From a virus (taxonomy: Duplodnaviria; Caudoviricetes), in IMG/VR virus record IMGVR_UViG_3300031993_000015: 64,000 bases of DNA, one strand, 5' to 3'. The position numbers and the translations under genes are program-made. Numbering within the stretch: the first letter of the stretch is position 1; each line of letters begins with the position of its first letter. This document shows positions 1 through 8,562 of this stretch, piece after piece. The notes beneath the pieces are model-generated. The model made no database searches, was not told the DNA's origin, and saw only the letters and a list, made by a program, of their open reading frames with translations.

Positions 1-179
1 ATCCTGTGAATCCGACAGGTCGCAGGAATGTCGCGGGCTCCACTACATATAAGCCAGCGCCGTCTTCATTCAAGCAGCCGACGCAGGCAGATGCGGAGCC
101 GAAAACGCCAATGAAGAAATTCCAGTCATACCAGGAGTTTCGCACCAAGAATGGCTTGTACGCGAAAATCACCGCATGA
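1..179 (+). CDS. 3' end of an upstream gene (partial, hypothetical)
   Basis: Frame starting at nt 3 is open to TGA at 177-179 (…PKTPMKKFQSYQEFRTKNGLYAKITA*); same orientation as downstream genes. Confidence 0.45.
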   Translation, partial: PVNPTGRRNVAGSTTYKPAPSSFKQPTQADAEPKTPMKKFQSYQEFRTKNGLYAKITA

Positions 180-277
180 CGCACCCACTAATGTAACGAA
201 GGACAACATCCTTTCCAAATAGAAACCAACAAAAGCTATCTCGATAGCAACCAAACATAACACAGAGGAGTCTTACA

Positions 278-844
278 ATGACTTACAACGAAGCAGTCGC
301 TCGTGCTCGCATGGCCTATGGCCAGATCAAAACCGCTGGCAGTTACGATGCAAACGGAAACTATCAGCTGTCCGAACTCGACAAGACCGACGTCCGTCGC
401 AAACAGTCCGAGATCGAACACGGTTCTCCGAAGACCGTTCCGCACTCCACGCCGGCTGAAAAAGCAGAACGCGCTATGGCGGTGAATGAGGCTTCCCTCA
501 ACAACCCGACTGGCGTCACCAATCAGAGCTTCCCCGGCGGCATCGAAGATGCCTACGAGGCTCTCGCTGCTGACAGACGCAGCAATGCGCTTGCCGGTAC
601 TGGTATCGGTGCTCTCGCCGGTCTCGGCGTTGGCGCTGGTGCCTACGGACTGATGGGTCTGTTCCCGTCCCTCCGCAAGCGTCGTCTTCTCCGCGCCCTC
701 ATCGCTCTCAGCGCCGGTGGTGCTGCCGGTACCGCCGCTGGTATCGCGACGGCCAGAGGTCTCAACAGTGGCAAGATTCAGGGTGCCTACGCTGACTATT
801 CCGGTCGCCTCGGCAACGCGCTCAACGCACTCAAGGGTGCCTGA
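278..844 (+). CDS. hypothetical protein with C-terminal glycine-zipper hydrophobic segments
   Basis: 188 aa ORF, SD GAGGAG upstream; GxxxG-rich segments GTGIGALAGLGVGAGAYG and AGGAAGTAAGIA. Confidence 0.8.
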   Translation: MTYNEAVARARMAYGQIKTAGSYDANGNYQLSELDKTDVRRKQSEIEHGSPKTVPHSTPAEKAERAMAVNEASLNNPTGVTNQSFPGGIEDAYEALAADRRSNALAGTGIGALAGLGVGAGAYGLMGLFPSLRKRRLLRALIALSAGGAAGTAAGIATARGLNSGKIQGAYADYSGRLGNALNALKGA

Positions 845-860
845 TTTCTGTCAAACATCG

Positions 861-899
861 CAGGGAGTGTCTCCACACGGGGACCCTCCCTGTATTCTT
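861..899 (+). terminator. probable intrinsic terminator/hairpin
   Basis: CAGGGAG…GTCTCC-ACAC-GGGGAC…CTCCCTG stem followed by TATTCTT, just after the stop of 278..844. Confidence 0.55.
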
Positions 900-912
900 A
901 AAGAGGTGACAA

Positions 913-1911
913 ATGAACTCTCTTGAACTTCTTGCAGTCGTTGCCGCCCAGGGCATGGTCAAGACTGCTGCCCCTCTTCCCGGACGCTTCCTCGCCGGCG
1001 GCAAGTCGGCGGATGAACAGCTGACCGAAGATCTCATGAACGACTACTGGGCTCGTATGCGTGCTGGCGATGCCAATGCGCAGGCTCCCGCCGACGAGGA
1101 CACCAGCGTTGGTCGCTTCGGCCGTTCCGCTGCCGATACAGGCGTTGACCTGGCCACGATGGCCGGTGCCTACGGCGGCTGGAGAGGCGGTTCTCGTCTC
1201 GGCGACGCTATCGCAAATCGCGTCGGCGGCCGTATCACTGGTCTGGCTGACCGCGCTGGCGCTGCTATCCAGGATCGTCTTGGACGCGCTGGTACGAATC
1301 TCGAAATCGGTGCCGGTCGTGTTACCAGAGGCCTGACCAATGGCGCTGAAAGACTGGCTGGCAATCTCGAAAATGCCGGTCGCAATGTCGGTCGTCGCGC
1401 CGGCCGTGCTGCTGGTACTGTGAAGGGCAACCTCCGCGCTCTGCCTTACAAGGCTCCGCGCCTTACATCGCGCATCGGCAATGGTCTCAGACTTCCTGCC
1501 GAAGGACTCGCTCAGTTCCCGACTTTGCGCAACCGCGTCTATCCCGGACAGCTCGGAAATCCGACTGCTGTTGATGCAGTCAAGGGCTACGGCAAGCGTC
1601 TGGCTCAGGGTACCAAGGGCAACATGGCTGCTCGTGGTGCTGCTCGCGGTGCTCGTGCTGGTGCTGCTGCCGGTCGTGGCGTCACTCGTGGTGCCGGTGC
1701 TCTCGCCAATGGTGCGAACACTGCTGCCAATGCGATCTCCAGAGGCAGTGCTGCCGCTGGTCGTGGTGTTGGTCGTGGTCTGTCTGCTGCCGGTCGCGGT
1801 GCGGTCAGGGCTATCAAACCCGCTATGGGTGGTGCCGGTGCTGTTGCACTTGGTACACTGTCCAATCTGGCTGCCAACTACGCAGCGGATCGTATCTTCG
1901 GTCAGGGCTGA
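913..1911 (+). CDS. Gly/Ala/Arg-rich low-complexity protein, probable internal virion protein
   Basis: 332 aa ORF with SD GAGG; N-terminal MVKTAA motif; GA/GR-rich. Confidence 0.75.
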   Translation: MNSLELLAVVAAQGMVKTAAPLPGRFLAGGKSADEQLTEDLMNDYWARMRAGDANAQAPADEDTSVGRFGRSAADTGVDLATMAGAYGGWRGGSRLGDAIANRVGGRITGLADRAGAAIQDRLGRAGTNLEIGAGRVTRGLTNGAERLAGNLENAGRNVGRRAGRAAGTVKGNLRALPYKAPRLTSRIGNGLRLPAEGLAQFPTLRNRVYPGQLGNPTAVDAVKGYGKRLAQGTKGNMAARGAARGARAGAAAGRGVTRGAGALANGANTAANAISRGSAAAGRGVGRGLSAAGRGAVRAIKPAMGGAGAVALGTLSNLAANYAADRIFGQG

Positions 1912-1916
1912 CGCAG

Positions 1917-1939
1917 ATTTTCAACTTCAAGTTGAAAAT
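1917..1939. repeat. 23-bp palindromic motif, copy 1 (ATTTTCAACTT-C-AAGTTGAAAAT)
   Basis: Perfect 11-bp inverted arms, intergenic; recurs elsewhere in the window. Confidence 0.85.
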
Positions 1940-1941
1940 TC

Positions 1942-1973
1942 AGAGGACTCCTCATTGGGGTCCTCTTTCTTTT
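1942..1973 (+). terminator. intrinsic terminator
   Basis: AGAGGACTCC-TCATT-GGGGTCCTCT stem followed by TTCTTTT. Confidence 0.75.
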
Positions 1974-1980
1974 ATAGTAG
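1973..1980 (+). promoter_or_regulatory. putative phage promoter element TATAGTAG upstream of the RNAP gene
   Basis: TATAGTAR recurs at five intergenic sites, each upstream of a + strand gene or RNA. Confidence 0.5.
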
Positions 1981-2016
1981 AATGATACGCGGAGACTACA
2001 TAAGAGGAGAATAACT

Positions 2017-5000
2017 ATGCCTGATGCACCTGTTTCACCGATACAAGCTGCCGGTACTGCCATGACCAATATCCGGCTCACACCGGAAAAACCGCTCAAG
2101 ACCGCAGCTGACTGGGTGCGCGATATGCGCATGTCACCCAGTGTGAACAAGACCACAACAGGTGTGGACACTGCTCAGGTGAACGGCGAGTTGATGCTCG
2201 CTACCTCAAAGCGTCTACTCGGTATTTCCAGGGGCAAGCAGGAACCAGACCCGAAGGACTCCCTGGAGTTTCAGCGGTTCTATGGCCCAGCCGAGTACTT
2301 TGCAGAACACGTGCTTCGTGACGGCAACAAACTGGGGCGCAACATCCTGTGGAAAGCAACAAACGTTGGCAACCTGGATTTCATGCCAGTCAATGCGCTG
2401 GACAAGCACATCAGTGACGTCTACTACGACAGCAAGCTCGCCCAGATGATCGACGGTTCCTCTCCACTGGAAACAGTTGATGCCTCCTACAAGACCACCC
2501 GTATCGGTGAAGGCGGCGTTGGAGACCTTGATTCAGCTCCTGACGAGATGCGCACAGTGCAGCCATCCTTCCTCGGTTTTGTAGATCCGGTCCGCAGTCC
2601 GGAGAGCTTCCGCGTCGGGTTGGATGTCTATATGACTAAGAATGTTATGAAGGGATCCGACGGAAAACTGTACCAGAAATTCATCAATGCACATACAGGC
2701 AAGGAAGAGCTGGTCGATTCCGAGACCATCGCGAAATCTGTTGTGACAACGCCTGAGATGATGCACTCCAAGACCAAATCGGTGTTCGCTATGGGCGGCC
2801 CGACTGGCGTCCGCATCGTTCCTCGCAAGGACGTTGACTACTACCTGCCCAGAGCAGATGAAGCCTACAGCATGTCTTCCAACATGGTGACGATGCCGTC
2901 TGCAGTCATCGGCATGCGACTCCTGATGGGTTGTCTGCATCCGGACACGAACGTACTGGTTGCGGATGATCACAACATGATCTCCATGAAGCCGGCCAAG
3001 TATCTGACCGCGCACAACCAACGCATCCCAGGCATGACCAGCGAGTTCAAGACCGCCTGCTACGATATGCAGAATACAATCGCCAAGCTGACACCGAAGC
3101 CGCGCTGGTTCAAGAAGATTGTCACAAAGTCCGGCCGAGTCCTCGTCACCAGTTATGACCATCGCTGGCCCGTTCTCATCAACGGCAAAATGACTCTGGT
3201 CCAGGCACGTGACTTGAAACCTGGCGATACTATCCTGCGCTCTGCTTTCCGCGATGTACCGAATCGGCGCACGTTCCTGAACAAACATCTCATCACGAAG
3301 GATGTTGCCTTCTTCCTGGGACTCCTCTGTAGATCCGCCAAGAGCAACAAGCGTGGGTCTGTCACGTTCCGCTACAAGTGTGGTGCTGACGTCAGGATTC
3401 GTGATGCCATTCATTATGTTTGGGGTGACTGCAAGCCGGTTATCCGGCAGTATAAGAAAGACGGGTTCTACTGCATGACTGTGCGCTGCGAAGCGCTTTG
3501 GCAGTTTGTCGAAGACCACATCGGTTTCACAGACAGCACCCGTGACATCCCATCCGAGATTCTCAGCACTTACGCAGAGATCGTTGCCGAGTTCCTGAAC
3601 GGGTACACTTGCGATGACACTATGATGGGTACAGACAGCAACGAGGACATCTGGATTTTGTTCATTCCGAACATGAAGGTGCGCGACGAGCTGTCCTTCC
3701 TGTTCGCCCGTATTGGTACTGACACGCTGTACCGCGATGCTCCTGGTGCAGATCCCAATCATGTCGAGATTGCACTGAAGATCAGCGACACTTCCAGGCT
3801 CTGGAACGACATGTACAAAGACACCATCAAGTACGTCTGGGAAGGCCCGCGCTGTCCTATCATGGTTGACATCGACATCAACGACAACATGTATGCAGTC
3901 GCCAACGGCATCGTGACGCACAATTCCAAGTACCCGCTGCAGGCCATTTCGCTGGAACACAGAGAGGCGCCGCTTGTGCGTACTCTTGACGAGGCCTCCG
4001 GCAAGGACATGTCAACACTGGTCGGCAAGTTCCTGGGAGCCAGGTTTGCACCACAGGGTGGCGTCGTCACGGCAGTCCGCAAGGATCGCATCGACGTCAT
4101 CTGGGACGACGGCAGCAAGGGTGCGGTTCCTCTGTATGTGAATTTCCCGATGAACGCCAAGGGCTTCATCAACAATACACCGGTCATCAAAGCCGGTATG
4201 CCATTCAAGAAAGGCGACATCCTGGCCAGTTCCAACTACACGGACAAGGACGGAACGGCTGCTCTTGGTATCAACCTGAAGTCCGGCTGGATCAGCTGGA
4301 AGGGCGGCACTTATGAAGACGCTGTTGTCATCAGCGAGGAAGCCGCCAAGAAGCTGACCAGCACGACCATGTATAACACATCGGTCGATCTGGATAAGAC
4401 CATAAGCCTGGGCAAGAAGAACTACATCACCTGGAAGCCTGCCGAGTACACAAAGGAGCAGATGGAACAGCTGGACGACAACGGTATAGTTCGACCTGGC
4501 ACTGTACTGCACAAGGGCGACCCGATGATTCTGGCTGTCCGTACATCGGAACCCAGTCCAGGTACGATGGGTAAGCGCATCCTGACAGATCTGTCCGAGA
4601 CGTGGGATCATGACCATGAAGGCATCGTGACAGATGTTGTCAAGACGCGCAAGGGTGTCAAGGTCTTTACGACTGTGACTGCTCCGGCGGAAGTCGGCGA
4701 CAAGATTGCCGGTCTGCACGGCAACAAGGGCACGATTGCTCAGATTCTGCCAAAGGAACAGATGCCGCAGACCAAGCAGGGTACCCCGCTTGATATCTGT
4801 TTCAGTCCTTTGGGAGTTACCAGCCGCAACAATACGGCGCAGCTCTATGAGGCGCTGCTCGGCAAGGTTGCGAAGAAGACCGGACAGATTCAGACTTTGC
4901 CGGCGTTCTTTGAAGGCGACTTGCATGACTATGTCGAAGGCAAGCTGAAAGAAGCGCATGTACATGCTGACGATGACCTGGTAGATCCGGAGACAGGTCG

Positions 5001-6741
5001 TGAGATCCCCGGTGTTCTTACAGGGTTCACCTATGTACACAAGCTGAAACACCTGGCGGAATCCAAGCTGTCCGCTCGTGGTACCGGCGAGTACTCTGCT
5101 GATGAAACACCCAGTGGCGGCGGTCGCACAGGCAGCAAGCGCTTTGGTTCCCTGGAAACATCGGCACTCGTTGGGCACCAGGCATTTGAGACGCTCAAGG
5201 ACGCAAAGATTCTCCGTGGTCAGTCCAACGCAGACTTCTGGCGGTCTATCAGAACAGGCTCCATTCCGACAATGCCCGGTGAGCCGCTGGTCCACAAGAA
5301 GTTCTTTGCGCACCTCATCGGCTCTGGTGTGAACGTCCGCAAGACCCAGAAGGGCATCAGCACATTTGCGCTTTCCAATGACGATGTGAATGAACTGACC
5401 GGACCCAGAGAGCTCCGTTCCAGAGATACGTATGAAGCCAAGAACTTCCGTCCAATCGACGGTGGTCTGTTCGGCCAGGACGTGTTCGGCATCAACGGTG
5501 ACAAGTGGGGCTACATCAAGCTCGACGAGCCGGTTCCGAATCCGGTCATGGAAGAGCCGCTTGCCAGACTGCTCCGTATGCCTGACAAGACTTTCACAGG
5601 AGTTGCAACCGGAAAGATTGAATACAACGGTATTCGTGGTCCTCTGCAGCTCCGCGATGCGCTTGCGAATATTGATCTGAACAAGGAAGCCAAGAACGCG
5701 CTGATCGAACTGAAGAACGCACCGACCAGCAAGAAGGATGCGATGCTGAAGCGGTATGTCGCCATCGAGCGCATGCGCCGTGCAGGTGTGAGTCCTGATA
5801 AGTACATGCTGGACAAAATTCCGGTGTTGCCTCCGCAGTTCCGTCCAATCACGTCGCACAACGGTCTGACGATGGTGGCTGACAGCAATTATCTGTATGC
5901 GCAGCTTCTGGATGCCAGAGATGACGTGCGAGAGGCCCGCGAGTTACCGGAAGAGTTCCAGCAGCAGGCTCGTGAACGTCTGTACAAGGACTGGAAGGAA
6001 CTGACCGGTCTGTATGAACCAGAAAACAAAGCCTTCAAGGCTAAACATATACAAGGGCTCCTGAAATGGGCGCTTGGCGACAGCCCGAAATTCAGCGCCG
6101 CGCAGCGAAAGGTTATCAGTTCTACTGTAGACACCGTAGGCCGTGGCGTCATTACACCGAACCCAAGACTGAAACTCAACGAAGTCGGTATTCCGGAAGA
6201 AATGGCATTCGGCATCTTCTCTCCGTTGATTGAGCGCGGTCTGGTCCAGCGTGGCTACACTCCTGTGGAAGCCATCAAGCAGGTGCATGACAAGTCTCGT
6301 CAGGCCAGGGAGCTGCTGACAGAAGTCATGAAGACACACCCTGTCATCATGAATCGTGCGCCTACGCTGCACAAGCTGAGTGTCATGGCGTTCAATCCTG
6401 TTCTTGTGACAGGTCATGCGCTTCAGATCAACCCATCCATTGTGGTGCCCTTCGGTGCAGACTTCGACGGCGACACTGTGAATATTCATGCGCCAATGTC
6501 TGACAATGCCCGTGAAGAGGCCAGACGCAGGATGTTCCCGGAGCGCAACCTGATCGCCATGAAGAACCGCCAGATAGCGTACAAGCCTGAGAAGGAATAC
6601 CTGCAGGGTATCTACACCGCGAGCCGTATTAACGACAAGTCCACGATACGCCCCCTCTTAGTTAAGGATCTGGCTGAGGCTCGTGAGGCGTATCGCAAAG
6701 GGCTCATCAACATAGACGATCCCATTGACATGCAGAGCTAA
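2017..6741 (+). CDS. rpoBC: DNA-directed RNA polymerase, fused beta (C-terminal part)-beta' (N-terminal half) subunit, intein-containing
   Basis: Beta motifs: EMRTVQPSFLGFVDPVRSPE, GDKIAGLHGNKG, PLGVTSRNN, KLKHLAESKLSAR, SKRFGSLETSAL. Beta' motifs: GGLFGQDVFG, IPVLPPQFRP, VIMNRAPTLHK, catalytic ADFDGD. Confidence 0.95.
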   Translation: MPDAPVSPIQAAGTAMTNIRLTPEKPLKTAADWVRDMRMSPSVNKTTTGVDTAQVNGELMLATSKRLLGISRGKQEPDPKDSLEFQRFYGPAEYFAEHVLRDGNKLGRNILWKATNVGNLDFMPVNALDKHISDVYYDSKLAQMIDGSSPLETVDASYKTTRIGEGGVGDLDSAPDEMRTVQPSFLGFVDPVRSPESFRVGLDVYMTKNVMKGSDGKLYQKFINAHTGKEELVDSETIAKSVVTTPEMMHSKTKSVFAMGGPTGVRIVPRKDVDYYLPRADEAYSMSSNMVTMPSAVIGMRLLMGCLHPDTNVLVADDHNMISMKPAKYLTAHNQRIPGMTSEFKTACYDMQNTIAKLTPKPRWFKKIVTKSGRVLVTSYDHRWPVLINGKMTLVQARDLKPGDTILRSAFRDVPNRRTFLNKHLITKDVAFFLGLLCRSAKSNKRGSVTFRYKCGADVRIRDAIHYVWGDCKPVIRQYKKDGFYCMTVRCEALWQFVEDHIGFTDSTRDIPSEILSTYAEIVAEFLNGYTCDDTMMGTDSNEDIWILFIPNMKVRDELSFLFARIGTDTLYRDAPGADPNHVEIALKISDTSRLWNDMYKDTIKYVWEGPRCPIMVDIDINDNMYAVANGIVTHNSKYPLQAISLEHREAPLVRTLDEASGKDMSTLVGKFLGARFAPQGGVVTAVRKDRIDVIWDDGSKGAVPLYVNFPMNAKGFINNTPVIKAGMPFKKGDILASSNYTDKDGTAALGINLKSGWISWKGGTYEDAVVISEEAAKKLTSTTMYNTSVDLDKTISLGKKNYITWKPAEYTKEQMEQLDDNGIVRPGTVLHKGDPMILAVRTSEPSPGTMGKRILTDLSETWDHDHEGIVTDVVKTRKGVKVFTTVTAPAEVGDKIAGLHGNKGTIAQILPKEQMPQTKQGTPLDICFSPLGVTSRNNTAQLYEALLGKVAKKTGQIQTLPAFFEGDLHDYVEGKLKEAHVHADDDLVDPETGREIPGVLTGFTYVHKLKHLAESKLSARGTGEYSADETPSGGGRTGSKRFGSLETSALVGHQAFETLKDAKILRGQSNADFWRSIRTGSIPTMPGEPLVHKKFFAHLIGSGVNVRKTQKGISTFALSNDDVNELTGPRELRSRDTYEAKNFRPIDGGLFGQDVFGINGDKWGYIKLDEPVPNPVMEEPLARLLRMPDKTFTGVATGKIEYNGIRGPLQLRDALANIDLNKEAKNALIELKNAPTSKKDAMLKRYVAIERMRRAGVSPDKYMLDKIPVLPPQFRPITSHNGLTMVADSNYLYAQLLDARDDVREARELPEEFQQQARERLYKDWKELTGLYEPENKAFKAKHIQGLLKWALGDSPKFSAAQRKVISSTVDTVGRGVITPNPRLKLNEVGIPEEMAFGIFSPLIERGLVQRGYTPVEAIKQVHDKSRQARELLTEVMKTHPVIMNRAPTLHKLSVMAFNPVLVTGHALQINPSIVVPFGADFDGDTVNIHAPMSDNAREEARRRMFPERNLIAMKNRQIAYKPEKEYLQGIYTASRINDKSTIRPLLVKDLAEAREAYRKGLINIDDPIDMQS
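2932..3924 (+). mobile_element. intein (331 aa) with degenerate LAGLIDADG-type homing endonuclease domain
   Basis: Starts CLHPDTNV (block A), has block B TSYDHRW, ends ANGIVTHN followed by Ser; removal restores RLLMG-SKYPLQA (equivalent to RpoB RALMGxNMQRQA); internal AFFLGLL and EFLNGY helices. Confidence 0.92.
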
Positions 6742-6777
6742 GGTAAGACAAATACCAGATTATACAAGGAGGCATAA

Positions 6778-7737
6778 ATGCCATACATTCCCTACAATCA
6801 GTTCATGCGCAAAAGCGCAGTCGCCGTTCTCACTCCGGAAGCCATGCAGGCAGCTATGCAGCCACCTCCGCAGGACCCTGGTATGATGGGCGGTCAGCCT
6901 CCGATGGATCCTTCCATGCAGGGCGGCATGATGCCTCCCGGCGGTGCGCCTCCGATGGACCCGTCCATGATGGGTGGTGCTCCCATGCCTCCGCAGGGTG
7001 CCCCGATGGATCCTTCTATGATGGGTGGGCAGCCTCCTATGGATCCCTCGATGATGGGCGGCGCTCCGGCCGGCGGTCTCCCGCCTGAAGCCATGCAGGA
7101 CCCAATGTTCATCCAGTTCCTGGCAGAGGCTATGGGCATCATGCTCGACCAGACGTCCGGCCAGTTCTTCGACCAGTCCGGCCAGCCGGTTCCTCCCGAT
7201 GTTCTGATGCAGGCATATCAATCCTACATGCAGGCCATGCAGCAGATGCAGTCCGGCGGCATGCCGATGGATCCCACCATGATGGGCGGACAGCCTCCGA
7301 TGGATCCGGCGGCAATGGGTGGTGCTCCTATGGATCCCGCCATGATGGGCGGGGCTCCTGAAGAACAACCGATGGATCCCATGATGCAGGAACTGGCCAG
7401 TCTGATGACGAACGTTGTCGGCGATGAAGTTGTCACACCGCTGAAGCAGGCCATCGAAAACATCGGCAAGCAGATGAACGACCTGAAAGAGCTCATCAAG
7501 ACCATGCGTGATGAAATGGACGTGGTCCGCGACCAAGTCGATTCTCAGGCGCATACCGATGACAAGCGCAAGCAGGAAGACAAAGACGAAGAACAGAACC
7601 TGCGCGACGAACTGGCCGCTGAACTCCAGCCGACAGTTCCGCAGGAACCTGAAGTAAAGACAGCGGCGGCTCAGCCGGCACAGCCCGCAGAGCAGTGGCG
7701 TCCTGTCAATATCATGGATGTCCTTGGGAGGAAATAA
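6778..7737 (+). CDS. Met/Pro/Gly-rich repeat protein with C-terminal coiled coil
   Basis: 319 aa, SD GGAGG; many (P)PMDPxMMGG(Q/A) units; N-terminal MRKSA motif. Confidence 0.85.
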   Translation: MPYIPYNQFMRKSAVAVLTPEAMQAAMQPPPQDPGMMGGQPPMDPSMQGGMMPPGGAPPMDPSMMGGAPMPPQGAPMDPSMMGGQPPMDPSMMGGAPAGGLPPEAMQDPMFIQFLAEAMGIMLDQTSGQFFDQSGQPVPPDVLMQAYQSYMQAMQQMQSGGMPMDPTMMGGQPPMDPAAMGGAPMDPAMMGGAPEEQPMDPMMQELASLMTNVVGDEVVTPLKQAIENIGKQMNDLKELIKTMRDEMDVVRDQVDSQAHTDDKRKQEDKDEEQNLRDELAAELQPTVPQEPEVKTAAAQPAQPAEQWRPVNIMDVLGRK

Positions 7738-7740
7738 CCC

Positions 7741-8553
7741 ATGCAAACCTACACTGAGTTCCTTATGGTGAAGAAGGCTGGCGACGAAGACGACAGCTAT
7801 CTGGCGAGTCTTGCGACACGCAAAGAAAACGGCGATGAGAAGGTGCAGGAAGCACTCAGCACAATGGCTCCTGGTGAGTTTGGCTGGGGTCTGCTCGGTG
7901 CCGGGCTTGGTGCAGGTGGCGGTTATCTTGTATCCCGCTGGCTGCGTCGTAACGGTACGAAGCGCCAGCGTGCTATGGACATGATCCTTGGTGCGCTTCT
8001 TGGCGGTGGTGGCACGATGCTTCTTATGAACACACTTCCAGGCAGTCATGGTCTTACTCAGGCGGAAATGCTCAGAGCTCGTAAACTGTACGAGAAAGAG
8101 AATCCTGGCAATAAAGACAGGGCTATGGACGATAACGGGAAGGTACCCACACCACCGGAAGAGGTCGCGGCACAACATGCACGTGAGGCAGCTGGCACAC
8201 TGATTGGTGGTTGGCTCGGTAACAAGCTGTTACCAGCTGATACGATGCTTGCCAATGTCAGACTGAAACGTGTTGCAAATAAACTTGGTGTGCCAAAGAG
8301 TGATTTTGCTGCATGGCGTAATTCCGGAACAGACGCAAAGGGACGCGGTACACAGGCACCATATATGGTGAACGGGAAAGCGGTTCCAGGCGGTCAGGAT
8401 ATTCTAAGAACCGACACTACAGCTCGTAATCTGAAGGGTGCTGGGACAGCAGCAAACTGGGTTCTCGGTGGTATCGGCGGTAACATCGTGGCTCGTAAAT
8501 ACGGTGATGACATCGGCAAGGTCTTGTCGAATTTCCTGTTCCCCGCGAAATAA
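7741..8553 (+). CDS. glycine-zipper membrane-associated hypothetical protein
   Basis: 270 aa; GLLGAGLGAGGGYL and ILGALLGGGG segments; N-terminal MVKKAG motif. Confidence 0.8.
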   Translation: MQTYTEFLMVKKAGDEDDSYLASLATRKENGDEKVQEALSTMAPGEFGWGLLGAGLGAGGGYLVSRWLRRNGTKRQRAMDMILGALLGGGGTMLLMNTLPGSHGLTQAEMLRARKLYEKENPGNKDRAMDDNGKVPTPPEEVAAQHAREAAGTLIGGWLGNKLLPADTMLANVRLKRVANKLGVPKSDFAAWRNSGTDAKGRGTQAPYMVNGKAVPGGQDILRTDTTARNLKGAGTAANWVLGGIGGNIVARKYGDDIGKVLSNFLFPAK

Positions 8554-8562
8554 GGATTGCTC

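Noticed and set aside
6865-7385. CRISPR array or DNA tandem repeat
   Set aside because: The repeats are in-frame protein repeats with synonymous variation and no unique spacers; no CRISPR array was seen anywhere in the window.
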